This document shows, piece after piece, positions 51,107 through 63,316 of a DNA stretch of 64,000 nucleotides. Source of the stretch: Lingula anatina (taxonomy: Eukaryota; Animalia; Brachiopoda); the NCBI GenBank assembly GCA_051362555.1, contig CM120642.1:12338001-12402000 (forward strand), in the 5' to 3' direction. The position numbers and the translations under genes are program-made. The first letter of the stretch is position 1. Each line of letters opens with the position of its first letter. The notes beneath the pieces were generated by a model. It saw only the letters and a program-made list of their open reading frames with translations. It was not told the DNA's origin and ran no database searches.

Positions 51107-52579
51107 GCCTCGATAAATTGTTTAAAAAACGGGATATTTCAGAATCCCAAGTGTCTTGTTTTCTTTTTGCCTGACAGCTGTTTTATGGTGTATCCTTAAT
51201 TAACATTTATGTCGCGTCTTGGTCAACGACTGAGCGGTTCATCAAAACAGCTCCAATACAGTTCTGTAGCGAAACGTCCAGTAATAAATCGGTAACCTTA
51301 TTAGCTCAGTGTGTCACGGATCTGGATGACTACAGTTAATTTGACCTGTACTAAGTCGTTTTTAAACTGACAGGTATGCAAATTAAGCAGCAGCGCGCCT
51401 CGTGCACTTAGTAACCCCTCTCCACTACGCGCATGACAGTACTAGTAGTGCGGTGCGAGCTGACAGTCTGGTTATACTCAATCCATTGAAATGCTAAAGT
51501 GTTACAGAAATTTATGTCCTTGACTGAAAAGAATGTGATTTATAAGAACGCTGAAGTCTTTTCTGTTGATCATTTTAATATTATCAAGAGCAGTTAATAG
51601 TGGTAGTCATATTTTATTAGACACGGTCCGCTAGTCTGCTGAATTTTGAATTTAATACAAGAGAGATTTATTATCATGTATGAATGTTTGACCTCATAAG
51701 ACCTAAAGAATACAGTTTTGTCCTGGTCCAAAGCTAAACATCTTTAAGTCAACACACTCTGGTGACGTTTGAAGGAGTACTGTCAATCCCATAGGCTTCT
51801 ATGTGCCCTATGACGCATTTTAAAAGAGACAAGTTAGGATCGTCAGATTTTTAAGATTATGTTTTCAAACTTTTGTGATAAACTTCCATTCATTAATTCT
51901 ACAGATGTTTTATCACTTTGGGTTTTGCGTGTGCTTATTTTGTTTCCGAGATAAAAACGTGCATATTTTTTTAGTAAATCAATATCAATATAACCTGAAT
52001 ACAAACGTGAAAGTATTACATACGCGATTGTTACCAAATAAGCGATATTTTGGCTGTGATGCTTGAAATTAATTCAGGGGCAAAAGTGTAATTTTTACAC
52101 AGTTCTTTGAACCTAAACTCCATGTATTTAGTTTAAATTAAAACCTCTGCAACATTTCTTAAAATAGAGGAAACAGACGGTGTGACACTTACGCACCTAA
52201 TAGCTATACATATGTGGTTTTTCTGACAAATAATCGTCATTTAATGATTTTGCCTTAATGAAATGCCGGAAGTATGCTGTTTGTTGTCATTTACTCGCTT
52301 TCAAATGGCGCATTAAGAAAGTTTAAACTTACAGGAATGATCCTCCAACCGTATCTTGTCACTATCGAGATCGATTCCTTTACTGCACCTGTAGCCGCAA
52401 AGAGATCAAGTATTTAACTTTTGATAAGATTGTGTCTGAAAGGTATTGTAGAATAAAAGGAACGGTTTCGCTCAGGGACTATACCTGTGTACATATATAT
52501 GTATTATGAATAGCGAAAATGCAGCACACAAAACAGAAACCTTCTTTTCCATGACTTTGTTGCACATGAGCAAACATTA

Positions 52580-52714
52580 CCCTCTACCGGGGCCGCAGTT
52601 ATTATTGGGTACATTATTGGCTGAAGCGATATAAGACCAAAATGACTGTCTATTTATCTAGAGACATATCTGTGAATATCTGTGGAAAATCAATCTGTCG
52701 CCCTGGTAGAGGGG
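52580..52714 (-). mobile_element. Second copy of the same MITE family, opposite orientation
   Basis: CCCTCTACCGGGGCCGCAG ... CTGTCGCCCTGGTAGAGGG. The internal AGAGACATATCTGTG is the reverse complement of CACAGATATGTCTCT in the 45062 copy. Confidence 0.85.
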
Positions 52715-54582
52715 TAAACAAACATTAAAGTTAAGATATTTTTCAGATTGCCTTTCGGAGATCCAAGTCTATGTTATTGTATTTGATATGCAATGCGTCA
52801 TCTCTCTCAATGCCATATTACGTATCTGTACGTCGGGCTTGTAATAACGATGTGTAGGCCTTGGATGTTTACCATGAAAATGGCCACTTGTTAATATTAT
52901 TGATGTAAACTAGCTTTGTTGATTATTGATTACCACAAAAACTAAGAAGCATGCATTCCTGTACATGTCAACTTAAATTGTAGTTAATTCAATTGCGGAT
53001 AGCCTCCCACGCTGTCAAAGTGCGGGGCAACGAGTGTACTGTTTTCCTCAGGGCACATTTTCTGCGAATTGCCCAAACCCAAAATGAAATTAGAATTTGA
53101 TGACCTCGAACTACGCAATATTGTAATGTATCATGAATCTGTCTGCGTTATTCTGGACATGTTGGTGTTAATTAAATGCTAATTGAACATCAAGATTTTG
53201 GTACCTTCACCAACTAAAGAGTGACAATTCATGCGGAAAAGTGATTCGTGATTGGAATTCTTTGTACCTGAAGTTAACAGACAGTAAATATCGAAAAAAA
53301 AATTAAATGACACTAATTTTAAAATATCGAGAAATTTTAACATATTAAAAATGACGTTTTTCTCAAATGATGAGATAGGATATTAACCTTAGGTGCTCTT
53401 ATTCTACCTCACGGACCTACAAGGAAACCTCGCTTACATTTTGCAATCGATCGATGGTTACAAGGCCTCCACAGAGGGCGCGGTCATATGCTGGAGAATA
53501 ATTTTTACCATATACGGATTATAGTCCAGTTAAAGGGATAATAACTCTTCGTATTGGCCAAAAAATTAATTTTCCTGGAGTAAACAACAATTTTCCCATA
53601 CTTACAAATGGTTAATGATTCCATTTTTACATTCAAAATTAGTCGCTGGTGTTTTTCTAAAAAGTTTGTTTCTTTGTTATAATCTTTTAAGAGATTATAA
53701 CAGAGTATAGCCATCAATGGAGGTCACGTGGTCTAAAGACAAGCTCAGATATCAGAATAATAGCTATAACTGCTGTTTTTGTGGTAAAATAGAATATATT
53801 ATATTCCATTAGTTGTTCACAATGTTTTTATTGTGAAATATAGATCTCATACGAAGAATTATTATCCCTTTAACTCTTGGATCACAATGGAAATAAGTGT
53901 TTTTACTTTCTTATCTCATCCATGTATTTATCATGTCTTTTTATATATTTCGTATATAATTCACATTTTAAGAATGCATGAAGTTAAACATAGCATATCA
54001 TAACTTGATAGTTCTTGACAGAGTAGACACTGGATGAATTAATGATTGGTTAAATTTTGAGTCGATCAGTAAATAAAACATTTGGTCAACTTGAAATAAA
54101 GTTGTCTGCAGAGATTCAACTGAATACTTTTTTCAACAGAAACAAAAAAAATAAATAGAGGGAAGCCTCTTGAATTAAACAGTCTGTAATTATCACCTAT
54201 TTCTAAATTTATGGCTTTTTATGTGTCTAGTGTATATCATAATGAGCTCTCGTAAATCACAACCTTATATCGCACCATTTCTGTACAGTGACGAAATAAG
54301 TCATTCTGAGTGAATGATACGTTTCATTTAAATTGCAAACGAAGAAAATAATCATAAGCTGTCTTATAGCCTATAAAACTAGGTACAGTGCCATACGAGG
54401 AGATAACCTCTGTACCAACAGTATTTGCTGTGACTGTCGATATCGCCTTGGTTTGAATCTGTATATATATAGGAGCGTCTCTCTACAGGCTCTGAATTTT
54501 TGTTTTTAAATTTCGTAAGGAATCAATGAAATTTTAAAGGACCTGCATGTGAGCAGTGATGATAAGCTATTCTTCTCAGGCT

Positions 54583-54801
54583 GCACTCAGAAAGCGCAGA
54601 CCTCCACCAAGACAAATGATACACGATTAATTAATCAATGAATTATCACCAAAGTGTAACCATTTTTAAGTGAGCCCATTTCTGACCAATCCTTAAAATT
54701 TCATCAGTCCATTCATAACTTTCTGAGTTAAGTTGGCGACGAACAAACAAACAAACAGACGGGGGCCAGGGGGTGAAAACAACCGCCTCGGCAGAGGTAA
54801 T
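54583..54801 (+). mobile_element. DINE-1/HINE-like non-autonomous Helentron remnant
   Basis: 5' GCACTCAGAAAGCGCAGACCTCCACCAAG, internal AAATTTCATCA core, (ACAA)n microsatellite and 3' GGTGAAAAC...CCTCGGCAGAGGTAAT subterminal IR/hairpin. This matches the recalled architecture of the family. Confidence 0.65.
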
Positions 54802-57507
54802 GAAAGCGTATGCTGCATTTCTTTAAGCGTTTTTCATGCCTCATAAACGATAATTGCCGTTGCCGAGCACGAGCCTCAGATTCACACCTCAGATTCACAA
54901 GCACAACGTAAAGTCAACGAGCACAAAGTTTTGGCCACTATTCAGGAAGAGCACAGGATACACAGACACCTCTGATACCGACAATTGATCACAAGGGTCA
55001 TTTTATTGAATAAGATCATTTGTACAGCGATCGAAATCATGACTTTCTAAAATGAATTGGTTGGATCGTCGGTTTATCTTTCTCTTTGATCAATTTCACT
55101 TTTTTCTCTAACTTTTCCTTTGCTCTACTTGAGCTATAGGGCGCGGAGAGGCAAATTGCTCCTGTTTAAAGAAAAATAAAGTAGTTACAGGTTCCCTTCA
55201 TGACACTGCCCGACTTGCTCTCTTGACCGTCTTTTTCCCCAACCAAGGCGAATTTTTTGCCTATTTCATAACAAGATTGTTGAAAGTTTGCCTTTTCAGC
55301 CCTCCCCTCCCCATTTGTTGAGTTCCCGGCTTCTCAGGGACGTGACATTGCTATCAACTGCGGTTTCACCTCACGGGATTAACAATTCAACAATATGAAT
55401 GAATAATGAAATAATAATCTGCCACTTATTCAACGCTGACAATATATTCAACATAACAAAAAGATGGCGATAATCAGATCGTTTCCTTATTCCGCCCGTT
55501 ATTTAAAATATATTTTCCAAAAATAATTTTGCAAAGACGAGCCTTTGAAGGAGACTGAACTTTATCGAGGACAAACATGTTTTGTACTTTTGTGATCCTA
55601 CCGACTTAAACGCAAAGCATGGACCGTAAACAATTTCACAGTGCGAGATCAAGATTTTTTGTTCTTAATAAAGCTCGTCTTACAGGGGAAATCCGTTCAG
55701 TATGGAACAGGCATATTGCAATTTATTTCAACACGAGCAAACGTGTGTGCGCAGTTAAATAAGAGCACGCGAAAGCTTTAGAGAGAGAGACGGAACGAAG
55801 AAAATGGGCCTATATTTTTTTATTCATGATATATATATATTATTCAATTTCCTTCATACAGTCCCAAGAAGTCCACGAGACAAATTCTACGCCGTTGTGG
55901 CATGACATTGGGAAACTATCATCTGTACATACATAATATTAATAATAATTACTGATATACATACAAGTACAATGTATCTACAAAACGGCAGAATCTGTAC
56001 AATCTTCATAATTGAGCCAAGACACAAGAACACCAGACGCAACTTCACCGTAAATTGATAGGTTGTTCAATATGATCAAATAAAACAATTTAAGTGAAAG
56101 ACGTATCCCCAAGATGTCTACATTATCGTACAGTATCGGGCAGTCCCGGCGAAAGTGCTAGTGCACTGGAAAACTCCATTTCAATAGGCAAAAATGTCAT
56201 AAGGAACCCTGTATCTGAATGGTGAAAAAAAAAAAAAATAAAAAATTATAATATTCTCTGACCCTAACCAACCAAAGATTGACAAGACATTCCCTCTCTG
56301 CATCGCTGGGGAAATCTTTGGATTATGGCGGTGTGGGTACCTTACTGGTATTGCATTTGGGTCACACCTGTAATAACTGAACTTCCACAATCAGCAGCCT
56401 ATCTTTTAGACTAGTACACGAATACTGGAATTGCAGCACCTCTTACCATTTGTTATAACTTCATACCTTATATAAAAATACTAATGATCAGATCTTAATT
56501 AGATTGCAGAAGATGTGTTTTTAAATGGTGGAATAAATAAATTAGTGAAATATCAATGTTTAAAAATTATATTACAATGTTTGTAGAAATATTACCCTAT
56601 ATATTTCATATAATAATAATAATAATGATAATAATAATAATTTACACAAGCTCAAATATCATCAACCAAACTCAACATATTGTTTTATTTTCTTGCAATC
56701 AATATATCTTTTAAGTTATTTTTGCAGATAATTTGACCTGCAAAGTCTGAATAATGTCATTCATTTCTTGAATAAAATTAATTTTTGATAGAAACTGGGT
56801 TGATTTCAAAAGATAAATCTATGAATTTCTTTTGTTAGTTTAAATATGCAAAACATGTCAGACACGTATATTATAATAATGAAAAAAATTAATTAGGTTT
56901 AAAAACAAGATTTGTTGTAAATGAAAATTAATGGGTATTAACCTAAAAGTAACCCAACATTTGGGAACTTCAGATCAAAAGAAGTCAGCCCATTGAGATT
57001 TTAAGCCATTTCACAATAATTCCTAACTACAATTTCAAACACTTTTGCCTGAATAAATAAATACAAACATATTACAGCAAGGAGATCCATCAATTCTTTT
57101 AAATAAATGTTTGCAACACTTGTATGAGAAATTCAAATGAGTAAAATGAAAATACAAACTCAAAAGTGTCTACAGTGTATGAATGTGACAGAACAACAGC
57201 CAACACACTTCCCTGACCCTGCAATTGTGGCGACCAGAGAGGTACAAACTTGGGATAGAAACACTTGGGAATAGATGGTGTTCAATTTAGGCATCCAATG
57301 CAAAATGCTGCCCAAAGACATCTTAATAAAATGCCTTAAATCAAAAAGACACTCTTCATAAATTTACCCTGATAAGAAAAGACTATGAATGATAGAGTTC
57401 TCCCTCAAGAAAAACAACATTTGAGCTGCACTAATGTCCCTAACACAAAGTACCTCCATAATAACAAATTTATATAGTGTCCTGATATAAGAAGAAAGAC
57501 CAGTTTT

Positions 57508-58314
57508 CTATGAACTATCCAACACTTTCAGTGTCCTCATACAAGTACTTAGCACAGTAGCCAAATTAGTGGCCTGCCGCATTAAATGTTTCATATTAGG
57601 ATCTCCCAGAGGCTTACCAGCAGCCACTGAGGCAGCATTCAAGGTACTTCTATAAGCTTTGGCCACATCTATAACCTTTGACCCCAGGTTATTTACAAGG
57701 TCAATTGAGGTCAAGGTCATCAAGGTCACCAGTGTGCTACTTGCTACATTAGCTAATACATTCATACTGCTGTTCACTCGAGCAATTAGTTTATCCTTAG
57801 ATTGTGTGGCACTACTGACCAGCAGTTTGGACTCAGTGACAAAGTGCCTGGCTTGCAATAACAAGTTGTCCTTTGCCTCCAGGAATTGACCTTCAGTGTG
57901 ACCTTCACCTGGATCACTGTTGACCTTACAAAGCACCTGTTCCAACACAGTAATCAAGGTGTCCACATCCTCATCAGCCAAGGTAAAGGCAGAGTCCCCA
58001 CCATACGTCCTGGTGGTGATCTTATCACACACAGCACTGAAACCAGCATCTCCGACTGTAAGTTCCTCCTCCTCATTTTCACAGTATTCAGAATTGAGGG
58101 TATTGGCCTCAATCTCAGCAAACATGACTTTCTTTGGTGATTTTCCATTGCCATTCCCTTCCACAGCCTTTGTCTGTGGTGTTGTGGTCTTCATGATGCC
58201 TTTTACAAGGGGTTCTATGACTGGACTGTCCCACAGATCTTCCACATCTTCTTTAACCTCTTCCTCTACATGGTTGGCCTTCATAGGGCCAGACTTTGGA
58301 GAAATGTCTGCATT
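57508..58314 (-). CDS. FRMPD1/FRMPD4-like scaffold, last coding exon with C-terminal talin-rod-like helical bundle
   Basis: Acceptor TCATTATAG| (phase 0); 269 codons to TAG. The stretch ARHFVTESKLLVSSAT...AAGKPLGDPNMKHLMRQATNLATVL resembles, from memory, the C-terminus of FRMPD proteins. The FERM/PDZ part is not in the window, so the family call is less certain than the exon itself. Confidence 0.75.
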   Translation of the reverse strand, partial: NADISPKSGPMKANHVEEEVKEDVEDLWDSPVIEPLVKGIMKTTTPQTKAVEGNGNGKSPKKVMFAEIEANTLNSEYCENEEEELTVGDAGFSAVCDKITTRTYGGDSAFTLADEDVDTLITVLEQVLCKVNSDPGEGHTEGQFLEAKDNLLLQARHFVTESKLLVSSATQSKDKLIARVNSSMNVLANVASSTLVTLMTLTSIDLVNNLGSKVIDVAKAYRSTLNAASVAAGKPLGDPNMKHLMRQATNLATVLSTCMRTLKVLDSS

Positions 58315-59903
58315 CTATAATGAAATAATATCAGATGAATTAGATGATGCAGCAGCTGAATGAAATATGTTAGTAAAAGCGGTCTTCTAATAATAAACAT
58401 ATACTGTGGCCATATACACTGTGCATTACTATAAATTTAGGACAAAAAACAATTTCCTTTGCTATTTTTCATATTCTGTACCCAAATTTTCACACATATC
58501 TGACATACATTTAGCAAAAAAGATTCGAAATAATATGGCAAAGACAATATTAGAAGAAATGTTATTGAGGGTCTGACTCATTAAAAGTTTTTGGACACTT
58601 GTACTTATTAATGTTAAAATGAACAAACTATATTTAACAAAAACCATTAAAACCTTTACTGCCAACAAAGGGAAGAATAAGAACATCTAATAAAAAATTC
58701 ACATATGCAGCGAGACATATTTATAGTATGTCTATTCAAATATATACTCAGTTCAAAGTAAATAACACCATTCTTCTACTGGGGCCAGATATGATCATTT
58801 ATCAAAAAGTTCCCCACAAACAGTCTTAGAGAAGTGAAATATTACAGAAAACTGCCATCCCCTTGTACTAATAACCATATAACACCAATAACCATGTATG
58901 TTTATAAGGATTATGGAGATCAAAATGACCACAAGAATAGGAAAATACATATTTTAAAAACCTTTATGTTTGCACAGCATAATAGATATGTCATATTAGA
59001 GATGTGATATAGATGGATATGAAGGACTGTTGGCTCTATCGTGAATTCATTATCATCAGGGGGGAAAAAAACGAGATACCAGAGTATGTGTGTGTGTATG
59101 TGTGTGTGCGCACGCATGCATATGTGTGCATATAAATATATGCATGCATATGTGTGTGTAAGGGAGAGGCATAAGCATAATGCCAAAATTAGTTTTGGGA
59201 AGAATAATTAAACTAAAAAAATCTCTCTTCTCCTTTAGAAATGAGCATCTATTAAAAAAAGAAATACCACTGTCAAGTTTTTAACAAATAGAGTGGAATG
59301 ACTACTGATATAAGTCAAAAACTGCCTTTACTACATTTTTGATTTTTAATAGAAGCAAAAAAATCACAAATTGTCCTTAGGGAAGCAACACATAAAAACC
59401 CTATTCTGAAATAATATTTATGACTGGTGATATTTTACGTCCTTGAAACACACCCATTTCCACTTGAATACTTAAGCTTTGTTATACAACAGTTTTAACT
59501 ATGTGAATGTTAATCCAGCAAACTATTATTCTACATACTGGCCTAAGGTGAGACTGCTGATGATTCAAGTTTTGTGGTTTACCTCACTGATTTCTTTAAA
59601 ATATGGTGCCAACCCTCTAGGTTTGCTTTCTATGACGGCATCACAAAACACAGTGGATATTTTTGCTGCATGGATAGCAACAGACTTTCACCTGGACTTA
59701 ATGTCCCTAAAGACTTCATTTTTATCTAATAAATTCTAATAAATTCTTATGACTTCTGAAAAGTCAAATTTCTTTTTAAAAAAATCACAAATGCTTACAT
59801 TATGATCTCAATGGGGAAGATCAAACATTTCTATCCTCATGTTATTTTATAAACAAGAAAAAGTATTAATAGCAGTCTTCATAGAAAATTTAATTGATCT
59901 CAC

Positions 59904-62710
59904 CTGTCTTTTCATGTCCCCTACTGGTCTCAGGTTACTCCTTACCAGAGGCATGGCACTCTTCATGGCAGGCACTGGCTTCCCTGGGGTGTCCCCCTCA
60001 CTGTCCGAGCCCTGGGACCCCGCGGAGTCCAGTTTTAAGGAGGTCTGCCTCTTCACTGGACTTGATGACCTTGGGGAAATGGTACCTTTATCGGAGTCTG
60101 ACGCACTGAAGGTACTGGATCTCAGCACCCTCTGCCGTCCTGCTGGAGACTGAAATGAGGACTCCTGGGAAGAAACGGTGGTCGAGCCTGGACGATGTTT
60201 TTTCAGAAGATCGCTGGGGCGGACATTAACTTCACTACCCTGTTCAAATAAAATGTCTGGCTTACTGAAATTCCCTTTATCCCCCTCTGATTCCTGCACT
60301 GTGGCATCAACCTTGTCTTTTCCAGAGGACTCTGCTGCAACAGTAAGCCTCTTTTTCAAATCATCAGGTTTGTTAGCCACAGCAGGTTTGGCAAAAGGAG
60401 ATGGCTTGCTTTCTGAGGCAGGGCTTTTGTTGGGACTCACAGATGGCTTTGACTCAAAAGATTTTTTTATGGAAAACACAGATGATTCCTTTGCTGGAGC
60501 AATTTCCTCTGGGTGGTCATGTGACTTTGGTGCCAAGACAGGCTCATCTGAGTCTAAAATAATAATATCTACATCTGCTCCAGGGGAATATGGCAGTTTT
60601 GGTTCATTCATATTCTCGGAATCTTTATCTTTTGGTACAATTATTTTGGGCGGAGATTGCTGGTTGCGTTTCAGAGACCTTTTTAGTTCAAAGGCCAGAG
60701 CTAACGAGGACACAGACCTGTGTTCCTCTGTGTCAGTGTTTAAGGTAGGATGACTGCCATACCTCTTAACTGATGAGGTTTCATGAACATTTTCACCACC
60801 TGTCTGAGTTTTTTCCATAGACTCTATGTGATGAAAAGATCCCAATGCACTGTCTTTAAGCTGTTCTTTATGATCTGATTTGAACTCAATTTGTTTTTTG
60901 ATATGGCCAACATGACTCGCTGTTTTTTCTCCATTTTGATTTGGTCTCACCTCCAGAGAACATTCAGATGAATCAGAGCCAAATGAAAGATCATGGTGAT
61001 TGAAAGAATCGGTCAGATCTTTAACATGTTTAACATTTTGCTCATCACTAAGGTCAGTCTCAAATCTGTGCCTTGTCTCCGAAACTGGTGTTGTTTTCTC
61101 TGCCATATTAACATCCTGTGTTTCACTATGGGGAGATCCAGAAGTTTTAAACTTTGATATAAGGTTTTTCACGCCAGCAGAATTGACATTATCAACTGTA
61201 CTTTTAATTTCAGACTCTCCATGCTTAAAATCATCAAAGTTTCCAGAAAATCTTTTCACTGCATCTTTCACCCCACCAGGCTTAGCAGATGTTTCAGGTT
61301 TTTGGTCTGTCAGACTGGAACTGCTCCTCCGAGGGGGAGGAGGAGGGGGAACTTTTCCTTTGCCTTTCAAAGTTGGTTTTGGTGCTAGAGGTGGTGGAGT
61401 TTTTGCTGGTTTCTGTGGGATACTTTCAGCACTGTCCTTTTCAATGATCAATATTTCAGGGGTACTATCTGAATGTAAAGGAGGTAGAGATGCTAGGTCA
61501 AGCACAATTTCCTCTGCCACACTTGGCTCCTCTTGCTCTGTGATATGTGGAGGTGCAATAAAAAGTTCTGCTGAAGAATCTAAAGCAGGTTCTTCAACTC
61601 TAATATTGCCCTCAATCACAACTTCCTCTGGCAATGTTGCATCAGGGATCACATCTTCCTTTCCAGGGAGTACAACAGGACTTTGCATACATTCACTTTC
61701 AGCTGCATCTTCTGCAAGTAATTTATTAATAGTCTCAGAACTCTCACTAGTGGAAGAAGTGGCTGCCAACGTCAAAGTATCATCACTATCTTCTCCCTCA
61801 TCTTCCTTTAGTGCATTAAATGCCATCACAGCAGCTGCCAACTCATCAATATCATTATGATCTTCACCACCTCCTGTCCCAGATGAAGAGAATCCAGCAA
61901 AACTCAAAGGTCGCTTTAAGACTTGGGATGGTGCTGTCTTGGAGCCAGTGCTGCTCTCTGATGTCTGACGTTCAGGTGGAGCAGGTGGTGGCACCTTAGG
62001 ACGTTGCACTCGACCCGAATGTTTCGGAGAGTCCTGAGGAGTGAATGAAGTACTGCCACTTCCATGTACCTCACCACCAGCAAAAGACTTGGGTCTGGCC
62101 CCTTTGCCAAAAGTGAGAAAGTTTTGTGAAGTTTGTTGCTGTTCTGTGTAACTGCTCTGCCTGGTCACAACTATAGTGTCTACAGCAGCAGGAGGGGTAT
62201 ATACTGAGGCAGACCCAGGGGTTGATGGGTGTGCCCCAGGGGGTGGTAATTTAAGATCCCCAGGTGTTTGAGGCACAGGGTGTGGCAATGCAGGAGGTGG
62301 AGGAACCATTAGTGAAGCAAACTCATCCTCAAGTGTCTGGAAAGTTTCCAAGTGAAATTCTGCTTCATCAGTTAAAGTGTCAGATTTGGGAGATTCTACC
62401 AATATGTCATCAATGTTGGAAGTCTCCAACTCCTCAAAGTCATTGATTTCAGTAAAAGTGTGCGGATCATCAGCAAACTCTTCAGGAGGTGGAGGTACAG
62501 TTAATCGTGCAATGAGTGTGTCAATGTCTTCATCCATAGGAACTGTAACTTCTACATTAGCCATGTGGCTCCCTCTATGGGAGCGTGTTCCTCCAGCACC
62601 ACGTTCTGACAGCACATGTATGCTAGAGAAGTCCACATTGTCAGAAATAGTTTCATTTCCTGAGTCACTTTCACTTTCTATTCCACTTTCCTTTTCTTGG
62701 TTGTCTTCAC
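59904..62710 (-). CDS. FRMPD1/FRMPD4-like scaffold, 2807-nt exon encoding a Pro/Ser/Glu-rich disordered region
   Basis: Acceptor TTTTCATAG| (phase 1) is in frame with the 929-aa ORF; donor CAG|GTGAGA after ...GDMKRQ (phase 0). Multiple polyproline motifs. Confidence 0.85.
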
Positions 62711-62941
62711 CTATGAAAATTAAATTTAAAAGTTATAAAATGCATTCAGGCCTTTGAACAGTTATACAATTTCAAATCAGGTTCAATCAATAAGAATTAA
62801 ATTCTTTAGAAACTATTTCTATTTAAAATGTATAACAATTTTGTTTTGAGAATAAAATTCAAACAAGTTTTCAAATGCCTTTGTTCAACCTTTCTCTTTT
62901 TCTTTAAATGAAATAATTCTGTGGTCATCACCACCCCTCAC

Positions 62942-63316
62942 CTGCAGCCAAGGCATCAATGGCAGCAATCTGAACCTGGAAAGCCTCGTCCTGCAGGGAG
63001 AGGGCATTGAACCGCTTCTGAATAGGTGAAGGAAGATCTATCACGGACACTGGAATATCATCATCTACACCATGCTGCTCTTGTGAGCTAGCATGAGTGT
63101 CTACCTCAATGGCTGTGTTGTCTACATGGTCTACAGTTTTTGATGAGTCTGCATTGCCATTATTACTGCTACTTTTGCTGTCTCCTTTGGAGGTTGACGC
63201 CAAAAGGGTGCTGCTATGGTGAAACTGGTCAGGTGGGGGAGGAAGACCTGCCTCCTCCTCCGAGGTCATTTTACGTTGGACTTCTGGGGTGGGAGGAGGT
63301 GGAATTAATGTCAAAT
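62942..63316 (-). CDS. FRMPD1/FRMPD4-like scaffold, internal exon (gene continues beyond the window)
   Basis: Acceptor TTTTCCAG| and donor CAG|GTGAG; 375 nt, phase 1-1. Reads DLTLIPPPPTPEVQ...AIDALAA. Confidence 0.8.

Noticed and set aside
53468-53481. CTCF-like motif TCCACAGAGGGCGC (weaker ones near 11397 and 12092)
   Set aside because: Partial matches are expected by chance in 64 kb; unsupported without ChIP or conservation data.
59583-59690. Possible extra FRMPD-like cassette exon ending at a GAG|GTAAAC donor
   Set aside because: The frame open to the donor is preceded by a stop and lacks a credible acceptor. The flanking exons already join in phase 0.
60178-62757. Long plus-strand ORFs (191, 286 and 126 aa) and similar ones at 57659-58363
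   Set aside because: They are antisense shadows of the real minus-strand exons, with Ser/Phe/Gly-biased translations and no splice or domain support.
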